Origin: an uncultured Acidimicrobiales bacterium
GTDB taxonomy: Bacteria; Actinomycetota; Acidimicrobiia; Acidimicrobiales; VFJN01
Reading direction: 5' to 3'
Assembly: GCA_963778415.1 (NCBI GenBank)
Contig: CAVZUI010000002.1
Coordinates: forward strand, 124,643-188,642
Length of the DNA stretch: 64,000 bases
Made by a program: the position numbers and the translations under genes. The notes under the pieces are model-generated. The model was not told the origin of the DNA. It was given only the letters and a program-made list of their open reading frames with translations, and made no database searches. Each line of letters begins with the position of its first letter. Position 1 is the stretch's first letter. Below are positions 10,421 to 19,424 of the stretch, piece after piece.

Positions 10421-10509
10421 AGGTTCCGCCGAGCCGAGGATGAGGCCATGGTTCCGCATCCGGAACCCATTGCCTCGACCTCGCGCGATTCGGAACCTAT
10501 TGCCTCGCC
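10421..10509 (+). repeat. family-1 nested-hairpin intergenic repeat, copy B
   Basis: AGGTTCCGCCGAGCCGAGGATGAGGCCATGGTTCCGCATCCGGAACCCATTGCCTCGACCTCGCGCGATTCGGAACCTATTGCCTCGCC. Lies in the convergent gap between the DUF167 stop (10397) and the DAC-like gene stop (10540). Confidence 0.85.
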
Positions 10510-10539
10510 TCCCGCCCCGCCGCACCGCCCTCGCCGAGG

Positions 10540-11529
10540 TCAGGCGGGGTCGCCGGCCGCGGCCATGGCCAGGCTGGCGGCGCACTGCGACAGCGGCTTG
10601 CCGTGGTGGAACACGGTGACCGGGCCGTCCTCGCTCACCACGATCGCCACCGCCTCGGAGTGGTCGTACGTGTAGCGGGCCGCGGAGCGGTGCCGCATGC
10701 CGCCGTTCACCGTTGACCGCCTGCTCGGCCTCGGATCCGACCAGTGCAGGCCGACGCCGATGTGGTGCGGCCGCCCGGCGGCGTCGACGACCGTGGCCAG
10801 GTCGGTCTGCATGAGGGCGGCGAGGAGGGCGGGGTAGTGGTGGCGGGCCGTCACCGACAGGTCGGGCGTGGCGATGGCGTGCGACGAGGTCGAGGCCCGA
10901 GTCGCCGTGCGTGACCGGCACGACGAGTGTCGCCCCGACCCGCCCCGGGCTGAGCCAGTGGACGGCCAGCTCGAGCAGGCCGCCGAGGACCGGCGAGGCG
11001 ATGGCCGGCAGGTACGGCTGGAGCAGCTCGTGCTGGGCTCGGGCCGTTCGGGCGGGACGTCCACCGGTAGCCCGTCCACTCGATCGTGGCGGACGACGGT
11101 GAACAGGCGGGTCACGCCGAGGACGGGCGTGCGCTGCACGATGAACGCCCCCGTGTCCGCCTGGATCTCGACCATGTCGGCCTCGTACTGCACGCTGCGG
11201 CGGAAGCACGCCAGCGTGCGCGTGCCGTCGTGCTGCACGGCGACGAACACCGAGCGCCCGTCGGCGAAGCGGCGGGCCTCGTCGATCGACAGCCCGTCGA
11301 GCGGGATGAGGTCGACCAGCTCGCCGGCCTCGACCAGGGACCGATCGGCAGGCACGATCATCGAGCCGTACAGCGGTGTGCGGCGCTCGAACTGCTGCGG
11401 GCGCCGGGCGTGCTCGAGCTCGTCGAGCACGATCGGCAGCAGCTGGTCGTCCGCGTCGATGACCACGCCGTCGTCGGCCAGCTCGGACAGGAGCCGGCGG
11501 GCCGGGCGGCTGAGATCCGAGGCGTCCAT
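10540..11529 (-). pseudogene. DisA_N / diadenylate-cyclase-like (DAC) domain protein with an unassigned N-terminal domain, frameshifted as sequenced
   Basis: ORF 10540..11574. C-terminus: NGGMRHRSAARYTYDHSEAVAIVVSEDGPVTVFHHG (RHR motif). The middle part comes from the frame of ORF 10184..13084: LLQPYLPAIASPVLGGLLELAVHWLSPGRVGATLVVPVTHGDSGLDL. About 3 shifts. Start is either 11529 (ATG) or 11574 (GTG). Confidence 0.65.
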
Positions 11530-11613
11530 CGGCCCACGATACGGGTGTTCCGCCCGTATTCGGCGAGATGGCACGCCCGCTCCAGGCCAGGTAGCCGGCC
11601 TGGTGGGCGGCGA

Positions 11614-13088
11614 TCATGGCGGCCGCCTCGGCGTAGGTCGTCGGGCCGTAGGTCGTGCGCCGGGGGCAGGCTGGCCCGCACCGCCTCGACCTCCTCGGCG
11701 GTGAGGCCGCTCGGTCCCGGTGACGGGCTCGATGTCGTAGAGCCGGGCCGAGTTGACGCCGAAGATCTTGGCCTTGATCTCGTCGGTCAGCGCCGGGTAG
11801 CCGTGCCGCTCCTGCAGCTCCTCGCTGATCTGGAACGTGCGCAGCGCCTGGATCTGGTCCTGCGGGGTGCCGAACCAGATCGAGTCGGTGCCCCACAGCA
11901 CCCGGTCCTCGCCGACGTGCTTCAGCAGCTTGCCGAGCACGTGGGCGGCGGCGGTGGGGTCGCGCATCACGAACCACCAGGTGCCGCCCAGCTCGGCGTA
12001 CACGTTGGTGTTGGGCTCGACGCCGCTGTCCTGCATCGAGCGGATGAGGCGGTCGACGCCCTGCGGGGCCGGGTCGGCGGGGTCGTACGGGCCGGTGCCG
12101 CCCTCGCCCGGGCTCGAAGCCCGAGTGGTACACGACGAAGGCGATGTCGGGGTTGCGGGCCGCGGCGGGGCCGATGTCGCTGGGGTCGGCCAGCTCGGGC
12201 GTCGACCCGACGATCGAGCTGATGCCCTTGTGGGTGCAGATGATGGGCGGCCCGAGCTCGCGCACGTGGTCGATGAACGTCTGGCCGATCTGCGGGCGCG
12301 CCGGGTCGTGGTCGTCGAAGTAGAAGTGCGCGTCGGTCGGGGTCATCGTGTAGATCTTCCAGGCCGCGAGGTCGTAGCGCTCGCGCAGGTCGGTCATGCT
12401 GGCCAGCGCGGCCTCGACCGGCCCGAGGTGCGGGTAGGCGCCGCCGTGCATGAGCACCCGCCCGTCGGCGCCGAGCCGGGTGGCGACGTCGATGGCGTAC
12501 ACCATGTCGTCGGGCTGGAGGCCCGGCGAGCGCCTGGCTCGGCAGGGCCGACAGGATCGCCATCGACGTGTCGGATCGCACGAACATCTCGCGGAAGTAG
12601 GCGTCGGCGGTGAAGCACACCTTGCTGTTGCCGCGGCCGCGCCCTCCTCGCACCGGTTCTGCGGGAAGGCCGCCGGTCCACTCGCCGCCCTCGAGCGGCG
12701 AGGTCGTAGTTCACGTAGTGGGTCTGGACGTCGAAGATGAACTCCTCGCCGCCCAGCTCCTCGAGGGCGGTGGCCGGTGTCGCTGGTGGCCTCGTCGGAC
12801 ACGTCGAAGGTGCCGCCGGGCGACTCGCCGCGGCTGTTCGACTCCTCCTTCGAGCAGGCCCCGAGCACGAACAGCGTGGCCGCCGCGCCGGTGACGCCGT
12901 TGAGGAACTGGCGGCGCGACATGCCGAGCCGGCGGGCGTTCTCGTCGGCCAGCCGGTAGGTGCGGCGGATGGTCTCGCGCACCACCGGCGCTGTGCGGCT
13001 GCGGGTGGAACTCGCCGTTGGAGACGGGCCCGAACTTGATCGGCAGCCCGCCCGCGTCCGTGCGATCTGTGTGTCCCCGGTCACCCAT
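11614..13088 (-). pseudogene. Tat-exported amidohydrolase-family lipoprotein, multiply frameshifted as sequenced
   Basis: ATG 13088: MGDRGHTDRTDAGGLPIKFGPVSNGEFHP. Then MSRRQFLNGVTGAAATLFVLGAC (twin-arginine signal plus lipobox). Then MHGGAYPHLGPVEAALASMTDLRERYDLAAWKIYT...ICTHKGIS...FVVYHSGFEP (ORF 10184..13084). Then VYAELGGTWWFVMRDP...LWGTDSIWFGTPQDQIQALRTFQI (ORF 11614..12036). The true C-terminus probably runs on to about 11560 in another frame. Confidence 0.7.
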
Positions 13089-13364
13089 GGAGGTAGTCAA
13101 GCATCCGCCGTCGCGGCGTGCCGGTCGTACGAACATCGGTGTCCATGAGCCTCGGTCAGCAGGCGGGGCCGCCCGCCGCGGCCCGCGAGATGGCGGTCTG
13201 GAGGCGATCGTCGACGCGGCCGGCCATCGGGACCTCCGATCGGCGAGGCACCCGCTCGGCGTGCTCGCGGCCCAGCGGCAGAACGTCGGGGCTGGACGGC
13301 CACCTCGACCGTTGTGAGCTGCGATCACCCCGACGGGACGATGCGGGGCCCGCCGCGGTCGTGT

Positions 13365-13378
13365 CCCCTGTACAGGGG
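13365..13378. promoter_or_regulatory. perfect 14-bp palindrome CCCCTGTACAGGGG upstream of the CMD gene (candidate operator or 5' hairpin)
   Basis: Read directly from the sequence. Sits 10 nt upstream of GTG 13388. Confidence 0.35.
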
Positions 13379-13387
13379 TGCAACGGT

Positions 13388-13771
13388 GTGAAGCGTGACC
13401 ACGAGGACTTCCTGCGGCGACTGGCCCTGAGCGACGAGGCCGCCACGTCGGCGGCCCTGGCGCCGGGTGCGGCCGCCGAGGGACTCGACCCGAAGACCCG
13501 GGCGCTGGTGCGGCTCGCCGGGCTGATCGCGATGTCCTCGCCCCCGGCGTCGTACCAGTGGTGCGTCGCCGCCGCACTCGCCGCGGGCGCCGACGACGAC
13601 GAGGTGGTGGCTGTGCTGGCGAACGTGGCCCCCGTGGTGGGCACGGCCCGCGTCGTGGCCGCGGCCGCCGACCTGGCGCTGTCGCTCGGCTACGACGTCG
13701 ACACCGCGTTCGAGTCGCTCGGACCCCCGAGCCCCCCACGGCAGGCCGGTACGGAGCGGCGAGGCCGTTGA
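13388..13771 (+). CDS. carboxymuconolactone decarboxylase (AhpD-like) family protein
   Basis: ORF 13118..13771. GTG 13388 gives VKRDHEDFLRRLALSDEAA...LDPKTRALVRLAGLIAMSSPPASYQWCVAAALAAGADDDEVVAVLANVAPVVG. Intact. Confidence 0.7.
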   Translation: MKRDHEDFLRRLALSDEAATSAALAPGAAAEGLDPKTRALVRLAGLIAMSSPPASYQWCVAAALAAGADDDEVVAVLANVAPVVGTARVVAAAADLALSLGYDVDTAFESLGPPSPPRQAGTERRGR

Positions 13772-13804
13772 TACCCAGCGTGTTCGCATCTACGCTCTCC
13801 GCGC

Positions 13805-16090
13805 ATGGCGGCGGGCACCGCGCAGGAGCACGCTGACCGTCGCTCTCGCGAGGGGGCGTGGTCGCGCCGATCTGTCGTCGCCCACGCGGACTGGAAGCTG
13901 CGGCTGCCCCTGAGGCGCCCCGGCACCGTGCATCGGGCCGCACTCGTCGACCGGCTGCTCGGCGCGTCGAGAACGGCCGTCGTGTCGATCACCGGCCCGC
14001 CGGGGTCCGGGAAGTCGACGTTGTTGGCCCAATGGGCCGAGCAGACCGACGAGCGCGTCGCCGCCCTGTCACTCGACCCGGGCGACAACGACCCGGCCGT
14101 CCTGCTCTCGTACCTGGCGGCGGCGCTCGACCGGGTCGAGCCCGTCGACGTCGACCTGCTCCGGGCGCGGGTGCCGCACGGCAGCTCGGTCCCGACGACC
14201 ATCGCTCGCCGGGTGGCGGCCGTCCTGTCGTCGATGAGCGCTCCGGTGACCCTGGTGCTCGACCAGGCCGACGCGCTGCGCAACCCCCAGGTCCGCGACG
14301 CCGTCGCCGAGCTGGCGGCGCACGTGCCGCCGGCGCACCGGCTCACGGTCGCCTCGCGCGGCGAGCCCCCGTTGCCGCTCGCCGCCCTGCGGTCGCGCGG
14401 CGGCGTCTTCGAGGTCGGCGCCGCCGACCTGGCCATGGACCTCGCCGAGGCGCGGGCGCTGGTCGCGGCCGCGGGCACCAGCGTCACCGACGATGAGCTC
14501 ACCGACCTGCTGCGCTGGACCGAGGGCTGGCCGGTGGCGCTGTACCTGGCGGTGCTGGGGGCGCAGGTGGGGGACGACGTCGAAGGTGGGTCCTCGTTCG
14601 CGCTGCGGGGCGACGATCGGATGGTGGCCGACTACGTGCGGACGGAGCTGCTGTCGTCGCTGCCCGATCGGACGGTCGACTTCCTGACCCGGACGTCCGT
14701 GCTGGACGAGCTCACGGGCAGCTTGTGCGACGCCGTCACCCGGTCGGACGGGTCGGCCGACCTGCTCGAGTCGCTGGCGCGGTCGAACCTGCTGGTGGTC
14801 CCGCTGGATCGGCGCGGCGAGTGGTATCGCTGCCACCACCTCCTCCGGGGCCTGCTGCGATCCGAGCTCGACCGCCGCGAGCCCCGCTCGGTGCTGCCGC
14901 TCCATGCCCGCGCCGCCGCGTGGTACGTCGCTCAGGGCCGGTACGAGGAGGCGATCGCCCACGCCCAGGCCGCCGGCGATGCCGACCAGGTGGCCCTCCT
15001 GGTGGGCGAAGCCGCGTTCCCCGCCTACGCCGGCGGCCGGGTCGACACCTGCCTCGCCTGGTTCCGGTGGTTCCAGGACGCCGGGCTGGCCGATCGCTAC
15101 CCCACGGTGGCGGTGTTGGCGGCGATGGTGCACGCGCTGCTGGGACGTTCGGCCGCGGCCGAGGAGTGGGCGGCTGCGTCCGAGGCCCGTCCTGCAGAGG
15201 GCCGCCCACCCGACGGCAGCACGATGGAGAGCTGGCGGGCCCAGCTGCGCGCCGTGTTGTGCCGCTCGGGCGTAGGGGCCATGCGACGCGACGCCGAGGC
15301 CGCGCTCGAGGGCCTGGCGCCCGGCAGCCCGTGGCGCCCGACCGCGCTGGTCATGCAGGGCATCGCCTTCGTGCTCGAGGACGAGCCCGGTCGGGGTGAC
15401 GCCGTGCTGGCGCGGGCCTTCGAGGTGGCGCTGCACCTCGAGACGCTCCCCGCGGGGGCGGCGGCGCTGGCCGAGCGGGCCCTGCTGGCGGTCGACCGGC
15501 GTGACGTCGACGAGGCCGAAGGCCTGGTCGACGAGGCGCGGACCCTCGTGGCCTGGGGCGGGCTGGCCGACTATCCCCTCACCGCCCTGGTCGAGGTCGT
15601 CGCGGGTCGGGTGGCCGCCCGACGCGGCGACGTCGAGGCGGCGCGTGCCCACGTCGGGCGGGCGGCGCGCCTGCGGGTCGGCCTGACCCACGCCATCCCG
15701 TTCCTGGCCGTGCAGACCCGGCTCGAGCTGGCGCGCACCTACCTCGAGCTGGCGGACGCGGCGGGCGCCCGGCTCGTGCTGCGGGAGATCCGCGACATCC
15801 TCCAGGTTGCGCCCGACCTGGGCAACCTGCCCGCCAAGGCGGAGATCGTGCGGGACAGGCTGGCGGCGATGGGCCCCGGCACCGTCGGCGCGTCGTCGCT
15901 GACCGGCGCGGAGCTGCGGCTGCTGCCCCTTCTCCCCACCCACCTGACCTTCCGCGAGATGGGTGACCGCCTCCACGTGTCCCGCCACACGGTGAAGACC
16001 CAGGCCATGTCCGTGTACCGCAAGCTCGGCGTGTCGTCGCGCGGCGAGGCGATCGAGCGGGCGCACGAGGTCGGGCTGCTCGGCGGCTGA
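13805..16090 (+). CDS. LAL / MalT-like LuxR-family transcriptional regulator (ATPase + helical repeats + LuxR HTH)
   Basis: ORF 13805..16090, 761 aa, intact. Walker A is ITGPPGSGKST. C-terminal HTH is LTGAELRLLPLLPTHLTFREMGDRLHVSRHTVKTQAMSVYRKLGVSSR. Confidence 0.85.
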   Translation: MAAGTAQEHADRRSREGAWSRRSVVAHADWKLRLPLRRPGTVHRAALVDRLLGASRTAVVSITGPPGSGKSTLLAQWAEQTDERVAALSLDPGDNDPAVLLSYLAAALDRVEPVDVDLLRARVPHGSSVPTTIARRVAAVLSSMSAPVTLVLDQADALRNPQVRDAVAELAAHVPPAHRLTVASRGEPPLPLAALRSRGGVFEVGAADLAMDLAEARALVAAAGTSVTDDELTDLLRWTEGWPVALYLAVLGAQVGDDVEGGSSFALRGDDRMVADYVRTELLSSLPDRTVDFLTRTSVLDELTGSLCDAVTRSDGSADLLESLARSNLLVVPLDRRGEWYRCHHLLRGLLRSELDRREPRSVLPLHARAAAWYVAQGRYEEAIAHAQAAGDADQVALLVGEAAFPAYAGGRVDTCLAWFRWFQDAGLADRYPTVAVLAAMVHALLGRSAAAEEWAAASEARPAEGRPPDGSTMESWRAQLRAVLCRSGVGAMRRDAEAALEGLAPGSPWRPTALVMQGIAFVLEDEPGRGDAVLARAFEVALHLETLPAGAAALAERALLAVDRRDVDEAEGLVDEARTLVAWGGLADYPLTALVEVVAGRVAARRGDVEAARAHVGRAARLRVGLTHAIPFLAVQTRLELARTYLELADAAGARLVLREIRDILQVAPDLGNLPAKAEIVRDRLAAMGPGTVGASSLTGAELRLLPLLPTHLTFREMGDRLHVSRHTVKTQAMSVYRKLGVSSRGEAIERAHEVGLLGG

Positions 16091-16168
16091 CCGCCCCGCA
16101 CTCGTCGGGACGATCAGCCGTGGTCGTCGATCTCGCCGCGGATCACGGGACCCCGTGGCGACCGGCGG

Positions 16169-18511
16169 TCACTCCCGCGCCATCAGCGCGATCGCCTCCT
16201 TCTCGAGGTCGACGAACGGCTCGCCCGAGACGTCGACGATCGCCTGGTGGATCGTGCCGCCCGTGAAGGCGTACGGCGACGTGCCCGCGTAGTCGTCGGT
16301 GATCGGCTCGGCCGGATCCTTCCCGACGTTCAACCCCTCGCCGACGAGCGAGAAGTTGCCGGGCTGGGTCATGATCCGCCCCTCGCCGACCTTCTCGTCG
16401 CCGATGTAGAGCGACAGCGTGCCGGTGGTCGGCATCTCGTCGCCCTCCTTGACGAACTCGGCCGACAGGACCACCTCGCCGGTCGGGACGTCCTTCGTCG
16501 ACTCGATGGTCTGCACCTTGCTGCCGACGAAGTTGTAGACGTACTTGAGCTTGCGGTCCTTGACGTAGAGCGCGTGGCCGCCGAACCGGGCACCGTGCGA
16601 GAACAGCACGCCCTCGGCATCGGACGACTCGACGTCCACGTTGACGGCGATCGTGTAGTTCCGGTTCCGCACGTTGACCGAGGCCGTCTCGGGCACCTCG
16701 GCGGCACCAGGGAAGTACACGTAGCGGTCCCGCGGCGGCGCGACCTGCGGCCGGGTCGGGTCCGACAGCACCTCGACCGCGGTGCGGTCGATCAGCGGCA
16801 ACCCGTTGTACATCCCCGCCGCGTGGAACCACAGGTTGACCAGCTCCACGACCTTCTCGGGGTGCTCGGCCGCCAGGTCGTGGCTCTCGGTGGGGTCGAC
16901 GGTGGTGTCGTACAGCTCCCACCGGTCCTGGTCGAAGTTGCCCCACCCGGCGATCGTCGGGTGGACGCTGACCACCTTCCAGCCCTTGTGCCAGAGGGCC
17001 CGCGAGCCGAGCATCGAGAAGAAGCCGGTCTCCTTGGGGGTGGGCACGTCGTCGCCGGCGAAGGTCGAGCGGAAGCTGACGCCCTCGAGCGGGATCTGCG
17101 GGAAGCCCTTGACGACCTCGGGCATCTCGACGCCGAGCAGGTCGTACATCGTCGGTGCGATGTCGGTGGCGTGGAGGAACTGGTGGCGCAGCTCACCCCT
17201 GGCGTCGATGCCCTTGGGCCACGAGATGACCATCGGGTCGGCCACGCCGCCCTCGAAGTTGTACCGCTTCCACATCTTGAACGGGGTGTTGAAGGCCCAC
17301 GCCCACCCGACCGGGTAGTGGTTGTAGGTGGCGGGCGAGCCCAGCTCGTCGAGGTACTGGAGGTTCTCCTCCATCTCGTCGGGGATCCCGTTGAAGAACT
17401 TGTTCTCGTTGACCGACCCGTTGGGGCCGCCCTCGCCGCTGGCGCCGTTGTCGGACACGAGCACGACGATCGTGTTCTCGCGCTCGCCGATCTGGTCGAG
17501 GAAGGCGAGGAGCCGCCCGATCTCGTGGTCGGTGTGGCCGAGGAAGCCGGCGTACACCTCGGCCATGCGCGTGAACAGCTTCTTCTCGTCGTCGGACAGC
17601 TCGTCCCACGGGCGCACGACGTCGATCTCGTTCCAGGGCTTGCCGTCGACGCTCGTCTCGGTGGCGTACGGGTTCAGCGGCGACAGCACGGCGTCGTCGG
17701 GGAAGATGCCCATCTCCTTCTGCCGGGCGAAGACGAGCTCGCGGTAGCGCTCGTACCCCATGTCGAACCTGCCGGCGTAGCGCTCGATCCACTCCTTCGG
17801 CGCGTGGTGCGGCGCGTGCGTCGCCCCCGGGCAGAAGTACATGAAGAACGGCTTGTCGGGCGCGATCACCTTCGAGTCGGTGATGAACTCGATCGCCTTG
17901 TCGGTCAGGTCGACCGTGAGGTGGTAGCCCTCGTCCGGGGACTTCGGCGGCTCGACGAGGTGGTTGTCGTAGACCAGGTCCGGATACCACTGGTTGGTCT
18001 CGCCGCCCAGGAACCCGTAGTACCGCTCGAAGCCCCGGCCGATCGGCCAGTTGCGCTTGGTCGAGGCCAGGTTCATCTCGTCGGCGGCCACCAGGTGCCA
18101 CTTGCCGAGCATGTAGGTGTTCCAGCCCCGTTCCCCGAGCACCTCGGCGATCGTGGCGCATTCGAACGGGATGTGGCCGTTGGAGTTCGGGTAGCCGGTC
18201 GTGGCCTCGGCGATGCACGCCATGCCGTTGGTGGTGTGGTTGCGGCCCGTCAGCAGGGACGAGCGCGTCGGCGAGCACAGGGCGGTGGTGTGCCAGTTCG
18301 TGTAGGTCAGCCCGGTCTCGGCCAGCTTCTTGATGTTGGGGGTCTCGATCAGCCCGCCCCAGGGCTCCATCGCGGAGTACCCGACGTCGTCCAGCACGAT
18401 GTAGATGACGTTCGGAGCGCCCTCGGGCGCCACCGGTTGGACGTAGGGGGCCCAGTCGGGGACCGAGTCTCGGTCGTCGACGTTGATCGTGCCCTGGAAC
18501 GGTCTGGACAT
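16169..18511 (-). CDS. arylsulfatase (Cys-type formylglycine sulfatase, ~780 aa)
   Basis: ORF 16169..19399 read from ATG 18511 (MSRPFQGTINVDD). Sulfatase signature is LCSPTRSSLLTGRNH. Also VLVSDNGASGEGG. Intact over 2.3 kb. Confidence 0.9.
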   Translation of the reverse strand: MSRPFQGTINVDDRDSVPDWAPYVQPVAPEGAPNVIYIVLDDVGYSAMEPWGGLIETPNIKKLAETGLTYTNWHTTALCSPTRSSLLTGRNHTTNGMACIAEATTGYPNSNGHIPFECATIAEVLGERGWNTYMLGKWHLVAADEMNLASTKRNWPIGRGFERYYGFLGGETNQWYPDLVYDNHLVEPPKSPDEGYHLTVDLTDKAIEFITDSKVIAPDKPFFMYFCPGATHAPHHAPKEWIERYAGRFDMGYERYRELVFARQKEMGIFPDDAVLSPLNPYATETSVDGKPWNEIDVVRPWDELSDDEKKLFTRMAEVYAGFLGHTDHEIGRLLAFLDQIGERENTIVVLVSDNGASGEGGPNGSVNENKFFNGIPDEMEENLQYLDELGSPATYNHYPVGWAWAFNTPFKMWKRYNFEGGVADPMVISWPKGIDARGELRHQFLHATDIAPTMYDLLGVEMPEVVKGFPQIPLEGVSFRSTFAGDDVPTPKETGFFSMLGSRALWHKGWKVVSVHPTIAGWGNFDQDRWELYDTTVDPTESHDLAAEHPEKVVELVNLWFHAAGMYNGLPLIDRTAVEVLSDPTRPQVAPPRDRYVYFPGAAEVPETASVNVRNRNYTIAVNVDVESSDAEGVLFSHGARFGGHALYVKDRKLKYVYNFVGSKVQTIESTKDVPTGEVVLSAEFVKEGDEMPTTGTLSLYIGDEKVGEGRIMTQPGNFSLVGEGLNVGKDPAEPITDDYAGTSPYAFTGGTIHQAIVDVSGEPFVDLEKEAIALMARE

Positions 18512-18615
18512 CGCGTGTTCCCTTCCGTCGCCTCTCGAGGACGTCACTCGTGACGACCGTAGGGACGGGGAGGCGCCGCCTGCGTCACCCGGGAGGGATG
18601 AACTCCGGCACGGTA

Positions 18616-19399
18616 CTAGGAGCCGAAGAAGCCCGCCCGCAGGTCGCGGATCACGACATCGATCGGCTCTCCGGTGGCCACGAGGGCCCCGTCCCAGGGC
18701 GCGGCGATGGCGAAGAGCAGGGCGAGGCTCAACCCCACGACGCAGGCCAGGCCCGCGACCAGCAACGACGTCCGGACGCTCGACCGGAAGGCGAGCGCGC
18801 CGGCGTTGGCGATCAACGCCACGCCGCTGACGACGAGCGTGATCACGTACAGGGCCGGGAGGTCCCGGTCGGCGGCGGCCAGGCGGGCGCGGCGTCCCGC
18901 GGTCACGCCGTCGAGCGACGTCGAGCAGCTCGGTGCTCGCCGGGGTCCCCAGCTCGTCACGGGCGGCCTCGTCGCGCACCGCCCGCTCCAGCGTGGCGAT
19001 GGCCTCGGTGGTGGCGGTGTCCTCGGCGTCGACCGACCCCTCCCACTCGTCACGCCTCGTCGACCGCAGGTAGACGGTCAGCGCCTCCTGGATCGGCGCC
19101 GAGTCCACCTGGGGGCTCGTCGAGGCCCAGGCGAGGCGGGAGGCCTCGGCCGCCTCCCGGCTGACGATCTCGTCCGCCGAGCGCAGGTACGCGGCCTCGC
19201 TCGACAGGGTCAGGGCCGTGAACACCGCGAACGTCGCCCCGAGCGCGGGCATGAGCGGCGCGGCGATGGCCTGGACGTGGTCGCGCTCGGCCGCCGGCAC
19301 GAGCGCGGCGATCACCAGCCTGCTCGCGCCGGCAACGGCCAGCGCGACGGCGAGCGCGCCCACCACGAGCAGCCAGACGGGCAGGCTGGTGAGCTCCAT
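18616..19399 (-). pseudogene. DUF4239-like membrane protein (paralog 2), one frameshift as sequenced
   Basis: ATG 19399: MELTSLPVWLLVVGALAVALAV...PLMPALGATFAVFTALTL. C-terminal TM pair in ORF 18616..19053: LPALYVITLVVSGVALIANAG...LLVAGLACVVGLSLALLFAIAAPWDGAL. Shift near 18920. Same architecture as 19425..20264. Confidence 0.55.
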
Positions 19400-19424
19400 C
19401 AGCGCCGCCGCCTCTCGTCGCCGG

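Noticed and set aside
8972-10509. Composite transposon or invertible cassette bounded by the inverted family-1 copies A and B
   Set aside because: The enclosed segment has no transposase, recombinase or invertase gene, and I see no target-site duplication. The inverted arrangement follows simply from each copy trailing one of two divergent genes.
10184-13084. 966-aa ORF on the minus strand spanning the DAC-like and amidohydrolase loci
   Set aside because: It is a composite of real fragments of two different genes, joined by off-frame read-through. It should not be treated as a fusion protein.
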